A model generated the notes under the pieces. It was not told where the DNA came from and did not search any database. It was given only the letters and a program-made list of their open reading frames with translations. A program made the position numbers and the translations under genes. Below, piece by piece: positions 43,924 to 53,718 of a stretch of 64,000 bases of DNA. The stretch spans positions 94,748 to 158,747 of the forward strand of contig JAKVBT010000008.1 in assembly GCA_022446905.1 (NCBI GenBank). Direction: 5' to 3'. This stretch comes from Phycisphaerales bacterium. Its GTDB lineage: Bacteria > Planctomycetota > Phycisphaerae > Phycisphaerales > SM1A02. Each line of letters starts with the position of its first letter. The first letter of the stretch is position 1.

Positions 43924-46900
43924 ATGCGTGTTGTCGGTATTTCCATCTCGCTTTTTGCCTTCAGTGCTGTGACCTTGGCTGGCGCGATGGGCCCGCCAAA
44001 GCCCAGCCCCAACCAGCACCCCGTCAAGATGCTGCAGCGGGACTCTGTCCTCCTCCCCGACCCTCTGGCCAGTTATCCATTGGAAGCAAATCTACTTGGC
44101 AGATCCGTCGCCGTTTTCCCCGAAGGTGTGGTTGGCGGCGCTCCGAAAGCTGCCGGCCTAGGTCTCTTTAGGGGCGGTGTCGACACATTCCGTTTCTTCA
44201 ACAACCAATGGCGTGAAGACTCAGTCCAAGCTACCAGTGGTGCCATCAACCGACTGATGGTGGGCAGTGCCGAACTCGATGTCGATCACATGTGGTTCGG
44301 CCAGTCCATGGACAGCACCGGCAACACGATTGCCATTGGAGCACCTGGAGCAACACTCCCGGACGCCTTGTTTGATGTCGCAGAAACACTCGAACCATGG
44401 TTATCCGCTGACCCCAGCCCAGATGTCAATGCGGGCGTCGTCGTCATTGCAGATCGCTCGGCAACGGGCTGGAGAATCCGCAGAACCATCAAACTGCTCG
44501 AAGACGAACCGCTCCTAGCCAATTCTTCGGATGTCATTCATGATCGTGCCGGGTGGCAATTCGGACATAGCGTAGCGCTAAGCAGTAGTCATTTGGCCGT
44601 TGGCGCCCCGTATGCCAGCGTGCGGCCTATCCCCGCTGCAGATGCTGACCCTGAAGTCGGCGCAGTGGTGATCTACAAGAGAGCGGGAAACAACTTTGAG
44701 ATACAGGACATTCTGACTCCTGAGGACCTCAGCACCAACCTCTGGCCGCATGATGCAAACCACTCAGAATTTTTCGGCTATAGCCTGGGATTATCTGGCG
44801 GGCTTTTAGCCATCGGCGCCCCAAATGCCGAACACGCTGCAGAGAATGCAAACCTAGACGCTGGCGCGACTCACATCTTTGAACTTCAGACTTCAGGTGG
44901 ATGGGCGCATGTTGCATCCTTGGAGCCACCAAGCACAGAACGTGATACCAATGGCTGGTTTGGCAAAGCGATTGCTATGAATGGCTTTGAAGTTCTTGTC
45001 GGACACCCCGGACATGATCGTCCGGTCCCCACAGCTGACCTCGGACGCGGACAAGCCTGGCTGCATGAACTCACCCAGATCGCGCCAGGCATCTATGCTT
45101 GGACTCAGGCCGAACAGTTTCCCCCATCCTCCGCAGATCAGCCATTTTTTGGTGCTGGATATGGCAGCACTGTTGATATATCAACGCAGCTAATCGGCAT
45201 CGGAGCACCTGGTGGCGACTGGATGGGCCAGTTCGTACCCAATGAAAAGGGATCTGCCTATTTCTGGCAACGCATTGCACCTGCTACTACATGGAATTGG
45301 TCTGAATCAATATCCCCTGGCCTTGCATCTGATCAGTGGGGAATCGCCGTGGCTGTCGACAATTTCAAGGCGGTCATCGGTGGTTGGTTGACCAATTTGA
45401 CTGGGCAAGTAGACAGCGGGCAGTTGTTGGTCTGGACACCACCGCCGACACCCCCACCTGGCTCAGCAGATGACTGCAATGGCAATGGTGTCTATGACCA
45501 GACTGAACTGCTCGCTGGCGGCGCTGACTGCAACGGCAACGGCATTCTTGACATTTGTGAGCTGTGCCCTCCTGGCAGCGTGTTGTGGTCACGCGATTGC
45601 ACTTACTGCGAAGATGAAATGAATGGGTTGGTCACACTCATCACCCCAGCACCAAATCAATCTGCATCCAATCACTTGTATCGCATCTTCGATGCCCGAC
45701 CTAGCGGTGAGACGTGGGATGAGGCGCGGCTCGCCGCATTGGATGCCGGACTGGGTGGCCGACTGGCAACGATCGACCTTGGTAATGACAGTGCCAGTGC
45801 TGCAGATGAAGCCGCAATTTTGAACCGGCTGAACTGGTCGCCAAACAACAATGGCACATTGTGGCTTGGCGGCCAGCAGATCGCGGCTGTGGCTGTTGAC
45901 GACACTTGGGGGTGGGATGAAGGTGGACAGTGGACATGGACCAACTGGGAAATAGGTCAACCGGATGACATCGACAACACCGAGAATGGGCAGCAAGACC
46001 ACCTCTTGGTGACCGGTGAACAATCAACCGGTTACTGGACATGGTCGGATGCTTCGCGAAACACCTTGGCAGACGGTCATGTTGTTGAATTCGACCCAGA
46101 TTGTGATTGCGATGCGCAGTTGGATGACTGCCAGATCACCCAAAATCCCAGTCTTGACTGCAATGTCAACGGTCGACTCGATCTGTGTGAAATCGAAGCA
46201 GACCCTGAACTTGACTGTAACGAAAATGGCATCATCGATGCCTGCGAGATCAACCAAGATCCTGGGCTTGACTGTGACGCCAGTGGCCGCCTCGACTCCT
46301 GCGAACTCGCGGATGCGGTATTGATCGACTGTAATAACAATGGAATTCCAGATATCTGTGAAGGGCTTCCTCCAGTGGTGTTCACGGAAATCCATGCGGA
46401 TCCTGCGCCAGGGGATGGAGGATTCACAGGGGACGTCTTTGACCCAGACAATGGTGATGCCAATGGCGACGGCGTTCGGCACCCGCTCGATGATGAATTC
46501 ATTGAGTTGCGCAATGTTTCTCCAGTTGCCATCAGCCTTGAAGATTGGACAATCACGATCGACGGAATTGTTCGGCATCAATTCGGCCCAATCACCCTCG
46601 CGCCAGGATGCTCCACATTGGTCTTCGGCGGCCCACAGCCTGATGCGGGCAGTGGCACACTGGAAATACGGTACGACGACGCCCCTGCAGCAGGAGCATG
46701 CTGCATTGAAGGCGTTTGTTCGCTGAGCCTTGAAGCAGACTGCGAGTCTGCTGGCGGCATCTATCAAGGCGATGGCAGTGTGTGTGACTGCCTCGACCCA
46801 TGCCTCCCAGATGGCCTTGGAGCCGACCTTTGTGAAGACGCCGAGGAAATCTGTGTCGGCCTGCACGAATTCTCTACGGAGACAGCAACCCCAAGCGACG

Positions 46901-48081
46901 TCTTTGTGAGCCCAGCGCTCTGTCCTGAAACTGAATTCAACTGGAGCGAGTGCACCCCAGATGTATGGTTCCGCTGGACAGCCCTGCAAACTGGACTGGT
47001 CGATATCACCACCTGCAGTTTGCTTCCTGAAGACACCTTTGACAGCCAGATCGTGATGTACCGTTGGGATGGCACGACACCAATATGTGACGGCCTGATC
47101 CCAATTGCCTGCAACGGCAACAGCACAGTCAACGATAGCAATCTCTGTTCTCCATTCGACGCCAGCATCACTGATGCATCGGTCAATGCTGGAGAGACTT
47201 ACTTCATCCGAATCGGCAGCACTGCACGAACAGTTGACCGCATCAACTGCGCTCCGGTTGAGGCCGCCTCATCTTGCAGTCTGCTGCTTGGATGTAATGG
47301 CACAGCAGAGCTTGCTGACGACAATGGACTGCCAATTGACTCGGTAACCTGGGACCCAAGTTTGGCCTGCTTCAATCAGAGCTTCCTGCGGTATCCGACA
47401 CACTGTGACACATGGATCTTGCACCGCGATGATCTCGATAGCAATCGCAACTGGTCCCCAGGGGCCAACTGGAATGGAACTGCTTGGTGCGTCTGCTTTG
47501 TTGACGACGATAATGACGGCATTGACGATTCAATAGACAACTGCATCTACCCCAATCCGAATCAGGCGGACTGCAACGGAGACGGCATCGGCGATGTGTG
47601 CGAGGTGATTGATTTCGTCAATGACGGTGGTTTGCTTGAGGACATCGATTGCAACTTCGATCTCACTCCCGACACTTGCCAGATCTCCGATATCACTGAC
47701 TGTGATGGCGACGGCGTGCTCGACACCTGCCAGATTGCTGCTGATTTCACCCTCGATTGCAATGCCAACGGCATTCTTGACAGTTGCGACATTGCCTCGG
47801 GCTTGGCTCGCGACTGCAATCTGAATCTGATCCCGGACTGGTGCGACATCAACCTCTACAACACCTCAGACGATCTCAACGGCGATGGGATCCCTGATGA
47901 ATGCAACTTTAATCCAGAGTGTGATCTCGACAACAATGGTGTAATCGACATTCAGGATTTCCTAACGCTCTTGAGTGACTGGGGCTGCACCGGGCAACCC
48001 GGTGTTTGCGTGGGTGATTTCAACGGCGATGGGGTAGTCGACATCCAAGACTTCCTCGACTACACCTCCTCCTGCAGCTGA
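43924..48081 (+). CDS. giant secreted multidomain surface protein: FG-GAP propeller, C-type-lectin-like domain, lamin-tail domain, Cys-repeat modules, TSP3-like repeat, C-terminal dockerin-like domain
   Basis: Signal peptide MRVVGISISLFAFSAVTLAGA. Six or more FGxS...IGAP repeats. A lectin-like block (WDEARLAAL...LWLGG...WTWTNWEIGQPD...WTWSD). A lamin-tail domain (VVFTEIHADP...EFIELRNVSPVAISLEDWTI). DCNxNGxxDxCE repeats. DDDNDGIDDSIDNC. A C-terminal pair DLDNNGVIDIQDF / DFNGDGVVDIQDF. The longest ORF starts at 43864. Confidence 0.75.
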   Translation: MRVVGISISLFAFSAVTLAGAMGPPKPSPNQHPVKMLQRDSVLLPDPLASYPLEANLLGRSVAVFPEGVVGGAPKAAGLGLFRGGVDTFRFFNNQWREDSVQATSGAINRLMVGSAELDVDHMWFGQSMDSTGNTIAIGAPGATLPDALFDVAETLEPWLSADPSPDVNAGVVVIADRSATGWRIRRTIKLLEDEPLLANSSDVIHDRAGWQFGHSVALSSSHLAVGAPYASVRPIPAADADPEVGAVVIYKRAGNNFEIQDILTPEDLSTNLWPHDANHSEFFGYSLGLSGGLLAIGAPNAEHAAENANLDAGATHIFELQTSGGWAHVASLEPPSTERDTNGWFGKAIAMNGFEVLVGHPGHDRPVPTADLGRGQAWLHELTQIAPGIYAWTQAEQFPPSSADQPFFGAGYGSTVDISTQLIGIGAPGGDWMGQFVPNEKGSAYFWQRIAPATTWNWSESISPGLASDQWGIAVAVDNFKAVIGGWLTNLTGQVDSGQLLVWTPPPTPPPGSADDCNGNGVYDQTELLAGGADCNGNGILDICELCPPGSVLWSRDCTYCEDEMNGLVTLITPAPNQSASNHLYRIFDARPSGETWDEARLAALDAGLGGRLATIDLGNDSASAADEAAILNRLNWSPNNNGTLWLGGQQIAAVAVDDTWGWDEGGQWTWTNWEIGQPDDIDNTENGQQDHLLVTGEQSTGYWTWSDASRNTLADGHVVEFDPDCDCDAQLDDCQITQNPSLDCNVNGRLDLCEIEADPELDCNENGIIDACEINQDPGLDCDASGRLDSCELADAVLIDCNNNGIPDICEGLPPVVFTEIHADPAPGDGGFTGDVFDPDNGDANGDGVRHPLDDEFIELRNVSPVAISLEDWTITIDGIVRHQFGPITLAPGCSTLVFGGPQPDAGSGTLEIRYDDAPAAGACCIEGVCSLSLEADCESAGGIYQGDGSVCDCLDPCLPDGLGADLCEDAEEICVGLHEFSTETATPSDVFVSPALCPETEFNWSECTPDVWFRWTALQTGLVDITTCSLLPEDTFDSQIVMYRWDGTTPICDGLIPIACNGNSTVNDSNLCSPFDASITDASVNAGETYFIRIGSTARTVDRINCAPVEAASSCSLLLGCNGTAELADDNGLPIDSVTWDPSLACFNQSFLRYPTHCDTWILHRDDLDSNRNWSPGANWNGTAWCVCFVDDDNDGIDDSIDNCIYPNPNQADCNGDGIGDVCEVIDFVNDGGLLEDIDCNFDLTPDTCQISDITDCDGDGVLDTCQIAADFTLDCNANGILDSCDIASGLARDCNLNLIPDWCDINLYNTSDDLNGDGIPDECNFNPECDLDNNGVIDIQDFLTLLSDWGCTGQPGVCVGDFNGDGVVDIQDFLDYTSSCS

Positions 48082-48100
48082 AAATTGCTGAGGCTCCATT

Positions 48101-49135
48101 TCAGGCCCTTGCAACCGCGCCAGACACGTCGATGATGACTCGTTCAAGCATGCGTGTTGCATTGCCGATACCACGTCGCACCCGATGCTGACTCCGCAGT
48201 GCATCTCCAAGCAAATGCGCAAGACGTTTCGGATCGACACGCCTGGACACCTCAATTGTGGCATCCCCACCAGGCCCCCACAACTTCAATTCCTTACGCA
48301 ACTGTCCACTGGACATACCAGCACATTGCATCTGTGAGGCCGCATGCAGTCGCTTGAGCATATCGGTTACGGCCCAAGACACCAACACATCACTCTGTCG
48401 TGACACCCCCAACAACTCATGAAGGGTTGTTAAACCCCGCGCTGCCCCCCCTGTCAGTATGGCCTCCTGAATAACCCATGCCTTTTCTTCTCGACTGAGC
48501 GGCACGGCCTCGTCTACAAGTGCGGCATCAATAGCTTTGCCTGGACGACACATGGCCGCGAGCTTGCCGAGTTCGGCGTCAAGCCGCGCCAGATCACAAC
48601 CAACACGCCGCACAAGACGCTGCGCTGCACTTGGTTCGATGCACCCCTCATGAACCTTCTCTACACGAGCTGCGACCCAGCGCAGGGTGTCCGGCTCGCT
48701 CAGTGGCTTGACCCGATGAACAACCCCTACAGCCTCGACCAACTTGTCGAGTTTGCTGCGATGCCACGTTTCTGCGCGAAGCAAAAGAGTCGCATCAGCC
48801 ACAGGTGACTTCACATACTCCTCAAGTAATACGCGTGCCCGTGATGGGCCGCTACTGCCACCCTTCGACACCAAAAAACGATCCGCCTTATTCACCATCA
48901 CAAGCTTATGCTGCTGCAACAAACCGAAGGTCCGGAGTTCATCGAGCACATCAGCTGCGGAGGCTGAATCCCCTTCAAAGTCAAATCGGTCGATTTCCCC
49001 AAAGGCCTCCTCTAACACCTCGATCATTTGCCTGGTGTAGTACGGCACCAAAAAATCATCGCGTCCCGCAAGAACAATCACTCGCATTGAGGCGTCGAAT
49101 ACCGCTTTGGCCATCATCACACGATACCTCGACAT
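48101..49135 (-). CDS. holA: DNA polymerase III delta subunit
   Basis: Layout typical of HolA: VIVLAGRDDFLVPYY..., TFGLLQQHKLVMVNKAD, DLARLDAELGKLA. The start is uncertain. The longest ORF (to 49210) overlaps the divergent kinase gene. Confidence 0.65.
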   Translation of the reverse strand: MSRYRVMMAKAVFDASMRVIVLAGRDDFLVPYYTRQMIEVLEEAFGEIDRFDFEGDSASAADVLDELRTFGLLQQHKLVMVNKADRFLVSKGGSSGPSRARVLLEEYVKSPVADATLLLRAETWHRSKLDKLVEAVGVVHRVKPLSEPDTLRWVAARVEKVHEGCIEPSAAQRLVRRVGCDLARLDAELGKLAAMCRPGKAIDAALVDEAVPLSREEKAWVIQEAILTGGAARGLTTLHELLGVSRQSDVLVSWAVTDMLKRLHAASQMQCAGMSSGQLRKELKLWGPGGDATIEVSRRVDPKRLAHLLGDALRSQHRVRRGIGNATRMLERVIIDVSGAVARA

Positions 49136-49168
49136 CGCATCGGCAGCGGATTCGCGTAGGCTGTCCAC

Positions 49169-50593
49169 ATGCTCATGCTTCAGGTCACACACGGCCCCGA
49201 CCGTGGTCACCTACTGCCACTGCCGCCGGACGAACCACAACTGATCGGTCGTTCGAGCGAGGCCCTTCCATTGACTGATCGCCGCATCAGCCGCCGACAC
49301 GCCGAATTGATGCCGCACGGGCAAGACTGGCTGATTCGTGATTTGCAATCATCCAATGGGACGTGGCTTAATGGTGTGCGGCTCTCAGGTACTGCCACCA
49401 TGAAATTGGCAGATGTCGTCAAATGCGGTGATACTCGATTGCAACTGGTTGAGCGTGATGACATCCCCGCGGGCCCAGCATCAGCAGAGTTATTGATTGG
49501 GCATCGATCTCTACCGCCGACGGTTCTCCCGAACAATGCTGATGATGCGGCCCGTGTATTAGCCATGATCTGGTCGCTCACGGCCATGGCCGATACGACA
49601 GACGAGATTGACCCCGCCACATGCCAGCAGTTAATCGCCCAAGGAATCGGCGCCTGCGAAACAGTGAAATCAAGTGCCGACGATCCTCTCTTGATTCGAC
49701 TTCACTGCGAACAAGGCACAGAACCCCAATTGCTGCAATTCTGGCCTGCTCAAGGCATGTGGCAACCATGGCAGCGAGCATCCGCTGATCTCGCAGGCTG
49801 GCTTGTGAACTCATTCATGGAAGCTCGACGTGTACGTGAACGAGATCGACTTGCGGCCATGGGGCGGACGGTCGCGGTCATTAGTCATGCCGTCAAGAAC
49901 ATGCTGCAAGGTCTTCAAGGAGGCGCTGGAGCCTTGGAGATGGCACTGAACAGAGGCGATCTAGATCTGGCACGCGAAGCCTGGCCAATTCTCCAGCGCA
50001 ATCTAGATCGCATCCACGACCTCACATTCAATATGCTCGCATGGTCACGGACCAGTCATCTGGAAATTGAAATGGGCTCACTCCATACGCTCATGCGCGA
50101 TATAGAGCAGTCAATCCAACAGACATTCCAACAGAGAAGGGTGACCTTGGAAATCTGTCCACAGGCAGATGGTGATGTTCCTTTTGATGCTGGAGCGCTC
50201 CACCAAGCAGTCCTCAATCTCTTGCTCAACAGCCTTGAGGCGGCCCCCCCACGGCGAGGCTTGGTTCGCTTCAAAGCCACAATTGATCATTCCGCACAAA
50301 TGGCACATCTGACGGTCAGTGACAATGGCGAAGGCATCGACCCAGCCCACCACGCAACCATTTTCGAACCCTTTGCGTCGACGCGCGGACAGCGTGGAAC
50401 CGGATTAGGCCTGGCGGTGACCAGACGGATCGCAGCTGCCCATGGTGGGCGAGTCACGGTGGAATCCACCCCGGGCGCGGGTGCCTCGTTCACCATCAGT
50501 CTTCCACTGCAGGCCGCAGCAGGTGATCCCGGCGATACGGACATCCCCCCCATGTCCAGATCAGCCGATCCTGACGCCTTCGAACCGGCGTAG
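49169..50593 (+). CDS. FHA-domain-containing sensor histidine kinase
   Basis: N-terminal FHA (LIGRSSEALPLTDRRISRRHAEL...IRDLQSSNGTWLNG). H-box AVISHAVKNMLQGL, N-box LNLLLNSLEA, G1 DNGEGI, G2 GTGLGLAV. Confidence 0.8.
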   Translation: MLMLQVTHGPDRGHLLPLPPDEPQLIGRSSEALPLTDRRISRRHAELMPHGQDWLIRDLQSSNGTWLNGVRLSGTATMKLADVVKCGDTRLQLVERDDIPAGPASAELLIGHRSLPPTVLPNNADDAARVLAMIWSLTAMADTTDEIDPATCQQLIAQGIGACETVKSSADDPLLIRLHCEQGTEPQLLQFWPAQGMWQPWQRASADLAGWLVNSFMEARRVRERDRLAAMGRTVAVISHAVKNMLQGLQGGAGALEMALNRGDLDLAREAWPILQRNLDRIHDLTFNMLAWSRTSHLEIEMGSLHTLMRDIEQSIQQTFQQRRVTLEICPQADGDVPFDAGALHQAVLNLLLNSLEAAPPRRGLVRFKATIDHSAQMAHLTVSDNGEGIDPAHHATIFEPFASTRGQRGTGLGLAVTRRIAAAHGGRVTVESTPGAGASFTISLPLQAAAGDPGDTDIPPMSRSADPDAFEPA

Positions 50594-50664
50594 TCGCCAT
50601 ACCATCGCCAAGCCAGCGTGGTCGTAGTCGCCATGGATCGACCACAGCATCTCGCTCGGGCTTT

Positions 50665-51348
50665 ATGATGGCAGTCTCAGATCGGCCACCAATGGGTGGC
50701 CCCGAAAAAGGACACGCGCGCACGATGGATCCCCTCGAGGCTCATTACACCAAAGAGATGCCACCGCCGATCACGGCGAGCGCCTATCAACGAACTCGTG
50801 AAATGACCCTTGATGAACTCCTGCTGGAGAATCGGGTCATCTTCCTCGTCGGCGACATCAATCATGCCTCCGCCGCACGAGTGATGATGCAGATGCTGTA
50901 TCTGGAAGACCAAAAGAAAGGTCAACAGATCAATTTCTACATCAACAGCCCTGGTGGAGTCGTAGATGACACGCTGGCAATCTATGACACGATGCGGTTC
51001 ATCAGCAGCGAAGTCGCCACATACTGCATTGGCCGAGCATTCAGTGGAGCCGCTGTGCTGCTTGCTGCTGGTGAGCCAGACAAGCGGCATATTCTCCCCA
51101 ACGCCAAAGTGATGATTCACCAGCCGTATGGCGGGATTACTGGGCAAACCAGTGATGTCGTCATCCAAGCTGAAGAAATCGTCCGTTCCAAGGAGAAGCT
51201 CAACCAGATTCTGGCGCTTCACACTGGACAGGACTACAACACCGTCGCCGCCGACAGTGAACGCGACAAATACTTCTCTGCCGACGACGCCAAAGCCTAC
51301 GGCTTGGTCGACGAGGTCTTTGAATTCCCGGAGCTCAAGAAGAAATGA
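50665..51348 (+). CDS. clpP: ATP-dependent Clp protease proteolytic subunit (divergent paralog, ClpP1-type)
   Basis: RVIFLVGDI..., [20 protein letters not shown] (Ser retained), [14 protein letters not shown]. The N-terminal extension makes the start uncertain. Confidence 0.85.
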   Translation: MMAVSDRPPMGGPEKGHARTMDPLEAHYTKEMPPPITASAYQRTREMTLDELLLENRVIFLVGDINHASAARVMMQMLYLEDQKKGQQINFYINSPGGVVDDTLAIYDTMRFISSEVATYCIGRAFSGAAVLLAAGEPDKRHILPNAKVMIHQPYGGITGQTSDVVIQAEEIVRSKEKLNQILALHTGQDYNTVAADSERDKYFSADDAKAYGLVDEVFEFPELKKK

Positions 51349-51953
51349 CCGAGGCCATGTCACAACTCATTCCGATCGTCATTGAGAAGGAAGGCCGAGG
51401 CGAGCGCGCCTACGACATCTACTCGAGGCTGCTGAAGGATCGAATCATCTTCCTCAATGGCCCCGTGATGGACGACTCCGCCAACTTGATTGTGGCGCAG
51501 TTGCTCTTTCTTGCCAACGAAGATCCCAAAGCCGACATCAATCTTTACGTCAACTCACCTGGCGGGAGCGTCACTGCCGGGCTCGGAATCATCGACACCA
51601 TGAACTTTGTGCCGTGCGACGTGGCAACCTTCGTCATCGGCATGGCCGCCTCCATGGGCTCTCTGGTGGCCTGTTCTGGGGCTCAGGGCAAGCGATGCAC
51701 ACTACCCAACGCCCGTAATCTCATGCACCAACCACTTCTGAGCGGGGTCATGGAAGGCCAGGCAACGGATCTCCAGATTGAAGCGTCTGAAATGGTCCGG
51801 CTTCGTGAAGCCCTCTACACGATCTACTCGAATCAAACTGGCCGGTCCATGGAGCAAATTGGACAGGACTGCGAGCGTAACAACTGGCTGGATGCCAACG
51901 GCATGTTGGAGTACGGCCTGGTTGATCGAGTCATCGAGCGTTTGCCTGAGTGA
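51345..51953 (+). CDS. clpP: ATP-dependent Clp protease proteolytic subunit (canonical paralog)
   Basis: [52 protein letters not shown] overlap with the upstream clpP. Confidence 0.92.
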   Translation: MTEAMSQLIPIVIEKEGRGERAYDIYSRLLKDRIIFLNGPVMDDSANLIVAQLLFLANEDPKADINLYVNSPGGSVTAGLGIIDTMNFVPCDVATFVIGMAASMGSLVACSGAQGKRCTLPNARNLMHQPLLSGVMEGQATDLQIEASEMVRLREALYTIYSNQTGRSMEQIGQDCERNNWLDANGMLEYGLVDRVIERLPE

Positions 51954-52570
51954 TGACCCGCCTCGCCGCTGGGATCATCTTCATCGCTGCCACTGTGTTG
52001 CTGACCAGTTGTGATGGACGGTCACGTCGCGCCTCAGCCAAACTTCGTAGCGAGAATGCTGCCCTCCACCGCGAAGTTGAAGCGTTGCAAGATCGGCAGG
52101 TTGAACTAGAAGCCAGCCTCACAGCCCTTGCTACTGAGCAGGGTGGAAATCGTGGTGCTGCCGCCCAAACTCCCCAAGTTGCCGGATTGACCATCTCCCC
52201 ACTTAGCGGGTTCGAACCTGGAGAAGGGCCAGATGCGCTGCGGCTGGAAATCCATGTCGCCGCTCAGGATGGCCGGCAACGTCCGATACAACTTGTTGGA
52301 CCACTCGAAGCCCAAGTGCTTCGCCCGGTTCCCGGACGTTCTCCAGTGGTGCTGGCTACAACTAAGCTCGACCCCACAGCAGTTCGAGATGCATGGCGCG
52401 GCGGTCTACTCGGCGCCACCTACCGGGTCGATGTCATGCTGGACACAGCCTCCATAGAGCCCGATACGCCAGTATTGGTTCACGTCTTCCACACCGATGC
52501 GCGGACCGGCAGATCGCTTGAAGCCACATCATCGGTTGCCCACCGACCGTCCACCAGAACCTCGCCCTGA
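51950..52570 (+). CDS. lipoprotein with an N-terminal coiled coil
   Basis: Signal plus lipobox [13 protein letters not shown], followed by a heptad-like [27 protein letters not shown] overlap with clpP. Confidence 0.5.
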   Translation: MMTRLAAGIIFIAATVLLTSCDGRSRRASAKLRSENAALHREVEALQDRQVELEASLTALATEQGGNRGAAAQTPQVAGLTISPLSGFEPGEGPDALRLEIHVAAQDGRQRPIQLVGPLEAQVLRPVPGRSPVVLATTKLDPTAVRDAWRGGLLGATYRVDVMLDTASIEPDTPVLVHVFHTDARTGRSLEATSSVAHRPSTRTSP

Positions 52571-52593
52571 ACAATCGACAGTACACTCCCCCC

Positions 52594-52791
52594 ATGAGAA
52601 TCGCCTTGGCGCTGTTGATTCCGGCTGTTCTGGTGTCCTCTGGATGTTACCGGCCGCTCTTTGATGAGAAGCTCCCGCGTCATCAGTATCAGTCCTACGA
52701 CACAGCCCGCAACGGCCCAACGCCAGCTGAAGAAGTTGACCTTTTTGGCAATAGCCAACCTGCGTTGAATGAGCGCCTGAGCGAACGATGA
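52594..52791 (+). CDS. small lipoprotein
   Basis: MRIALALLIPAVLVSSGC lipobox. 65 aa. ATGA overlap with the following amidase gene. Confidence 0.4.
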   Translation: MRIALALLIPAVLVSSGCYRPLFDEKLPRHQYQSYDTARNGPTPAEEVDLFGNSQPALNERLSER

Positions 52792-53585
52792 GCACTTCCG
52801 ATCACGCGGCATGGAAGCCGTGTGCACAGCCAAATTCGCACACTTCCCCTGCATCCATTCAAGTGGAATGGGGTGCTCGTGCCGATGAACAAATTGAGGG
52901 ACAAGGACGACCCGAAGCCGTGACTGCGCCACAACATCATCCAAGCCGGGGCCCAAGCCGCCGTACGCAAATTGTGTTCGCCTCATTTGCGTTGGCCATG
53001 ACTGGCGCCATGGCGGTGCTCGCCATCGACGCACCCCGCCAGGCTGGTGGGTTCCCTCTCACCAATATCACACCACTTGAGGATCAGCCTGCAGATGGAG
53101 ATCACCTCCTGCTGGCCGACCAAGCAGATCTCGATCGCAACCGCTGGTCCGGCATTGTTGTGCACCACCTTGGCGAGCCCTTCGGAACCGCTGAGTCTGT
53201 ACACCGCCAGCACTTGTCTTGGGATTATCAGGGCTTGGGCTACCACTTTCTCATTGGTAATGGCAATGGCCTCGGTGATGGCGAAGTCCATGTCGGGTAT
53301 CGGTGGATTGAGCAGTTCCCCGGCGCCCACGTTGTTGGTGACGCTGGTACAGAACACAACGCCCGCTCCATCGGAATCTGCCTGATTGGCAACGGCGACC
53401 GCCAGCCTTTCACAGATCGACAGATCAAGCACCTCACCCGGCTCATCCAGCGTCTCCAGCAGGAACTTGGCCTTGGGGCCGAGCAGGTCCATCTGCACCG
53501 CCACTTGACGGACCGCGTGACCAGTCCCGGCCGGCTGTTCCCAGAAGCCCAGTTTAGAGCCTCACTGCTTGATCCCCCGGCCTAA
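52788..53585 (+). CDS. N-acetylmuramoyl-L-alanine amidase (Amidase_2/PGRP-type) with an N-terminal TM anchor
   Basis: GIVVHHLGEP...HRQHLSWDYQGLGYHFLIGNGNG...GAHV...NARSIGICLIGNG. Confidence 0.7.
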   Translation: MSTSDHAAWKPCAQPNSHTSPASIQVEWGARADEQIEGQGRPEAVTAPQHHPSRGPSRRTQIVFASFALAMTGAMAVLAIDAPRQAGGFPLTNITPLEDQPADGDHLLLADQADLDRNRWSGIVVHHLGEPFGTAESVHRQHLSWDYQGLGYHFLIGNGNGLGDGEVHVGYRWIEQFPGAHVVGDAGTEHNARSIGICLIGNGDRQPFTDRQIKHLTRLIQRLQQELGLGAEQVHLHRHLTDRVTSPGRLFPEAQFRASLLDPPA

Positions 53586-53718
53586 GCACTCGGTACATGC
53601 CACACGCCCTCATGCCAGACGCCTGAAAATGGCGTTATTCTGCTCGTCTCATCAATTTCCATGAAAGCAGTTCGGCGCGTCTGCCCCGACCAGATCACCC
53701 CCCGAAGACCTCCCAGAC

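Noticed and set aside
46024-46989. 321-aa minus-strand ORF (and several 60-160-aa ones) inside the giant surface-protein gene
   Set aside because: It is antisense to a strongly supported domain-rich CDS, and its translation lacks motifs. Long antisense ORFs of this kind are typical in GC-rich repeats.
50677-51363. 228-aa minus-strand ORF covering clpP1
   Set aside because: It is fully antisense to a CDS with unambiguous ClpP motifs.
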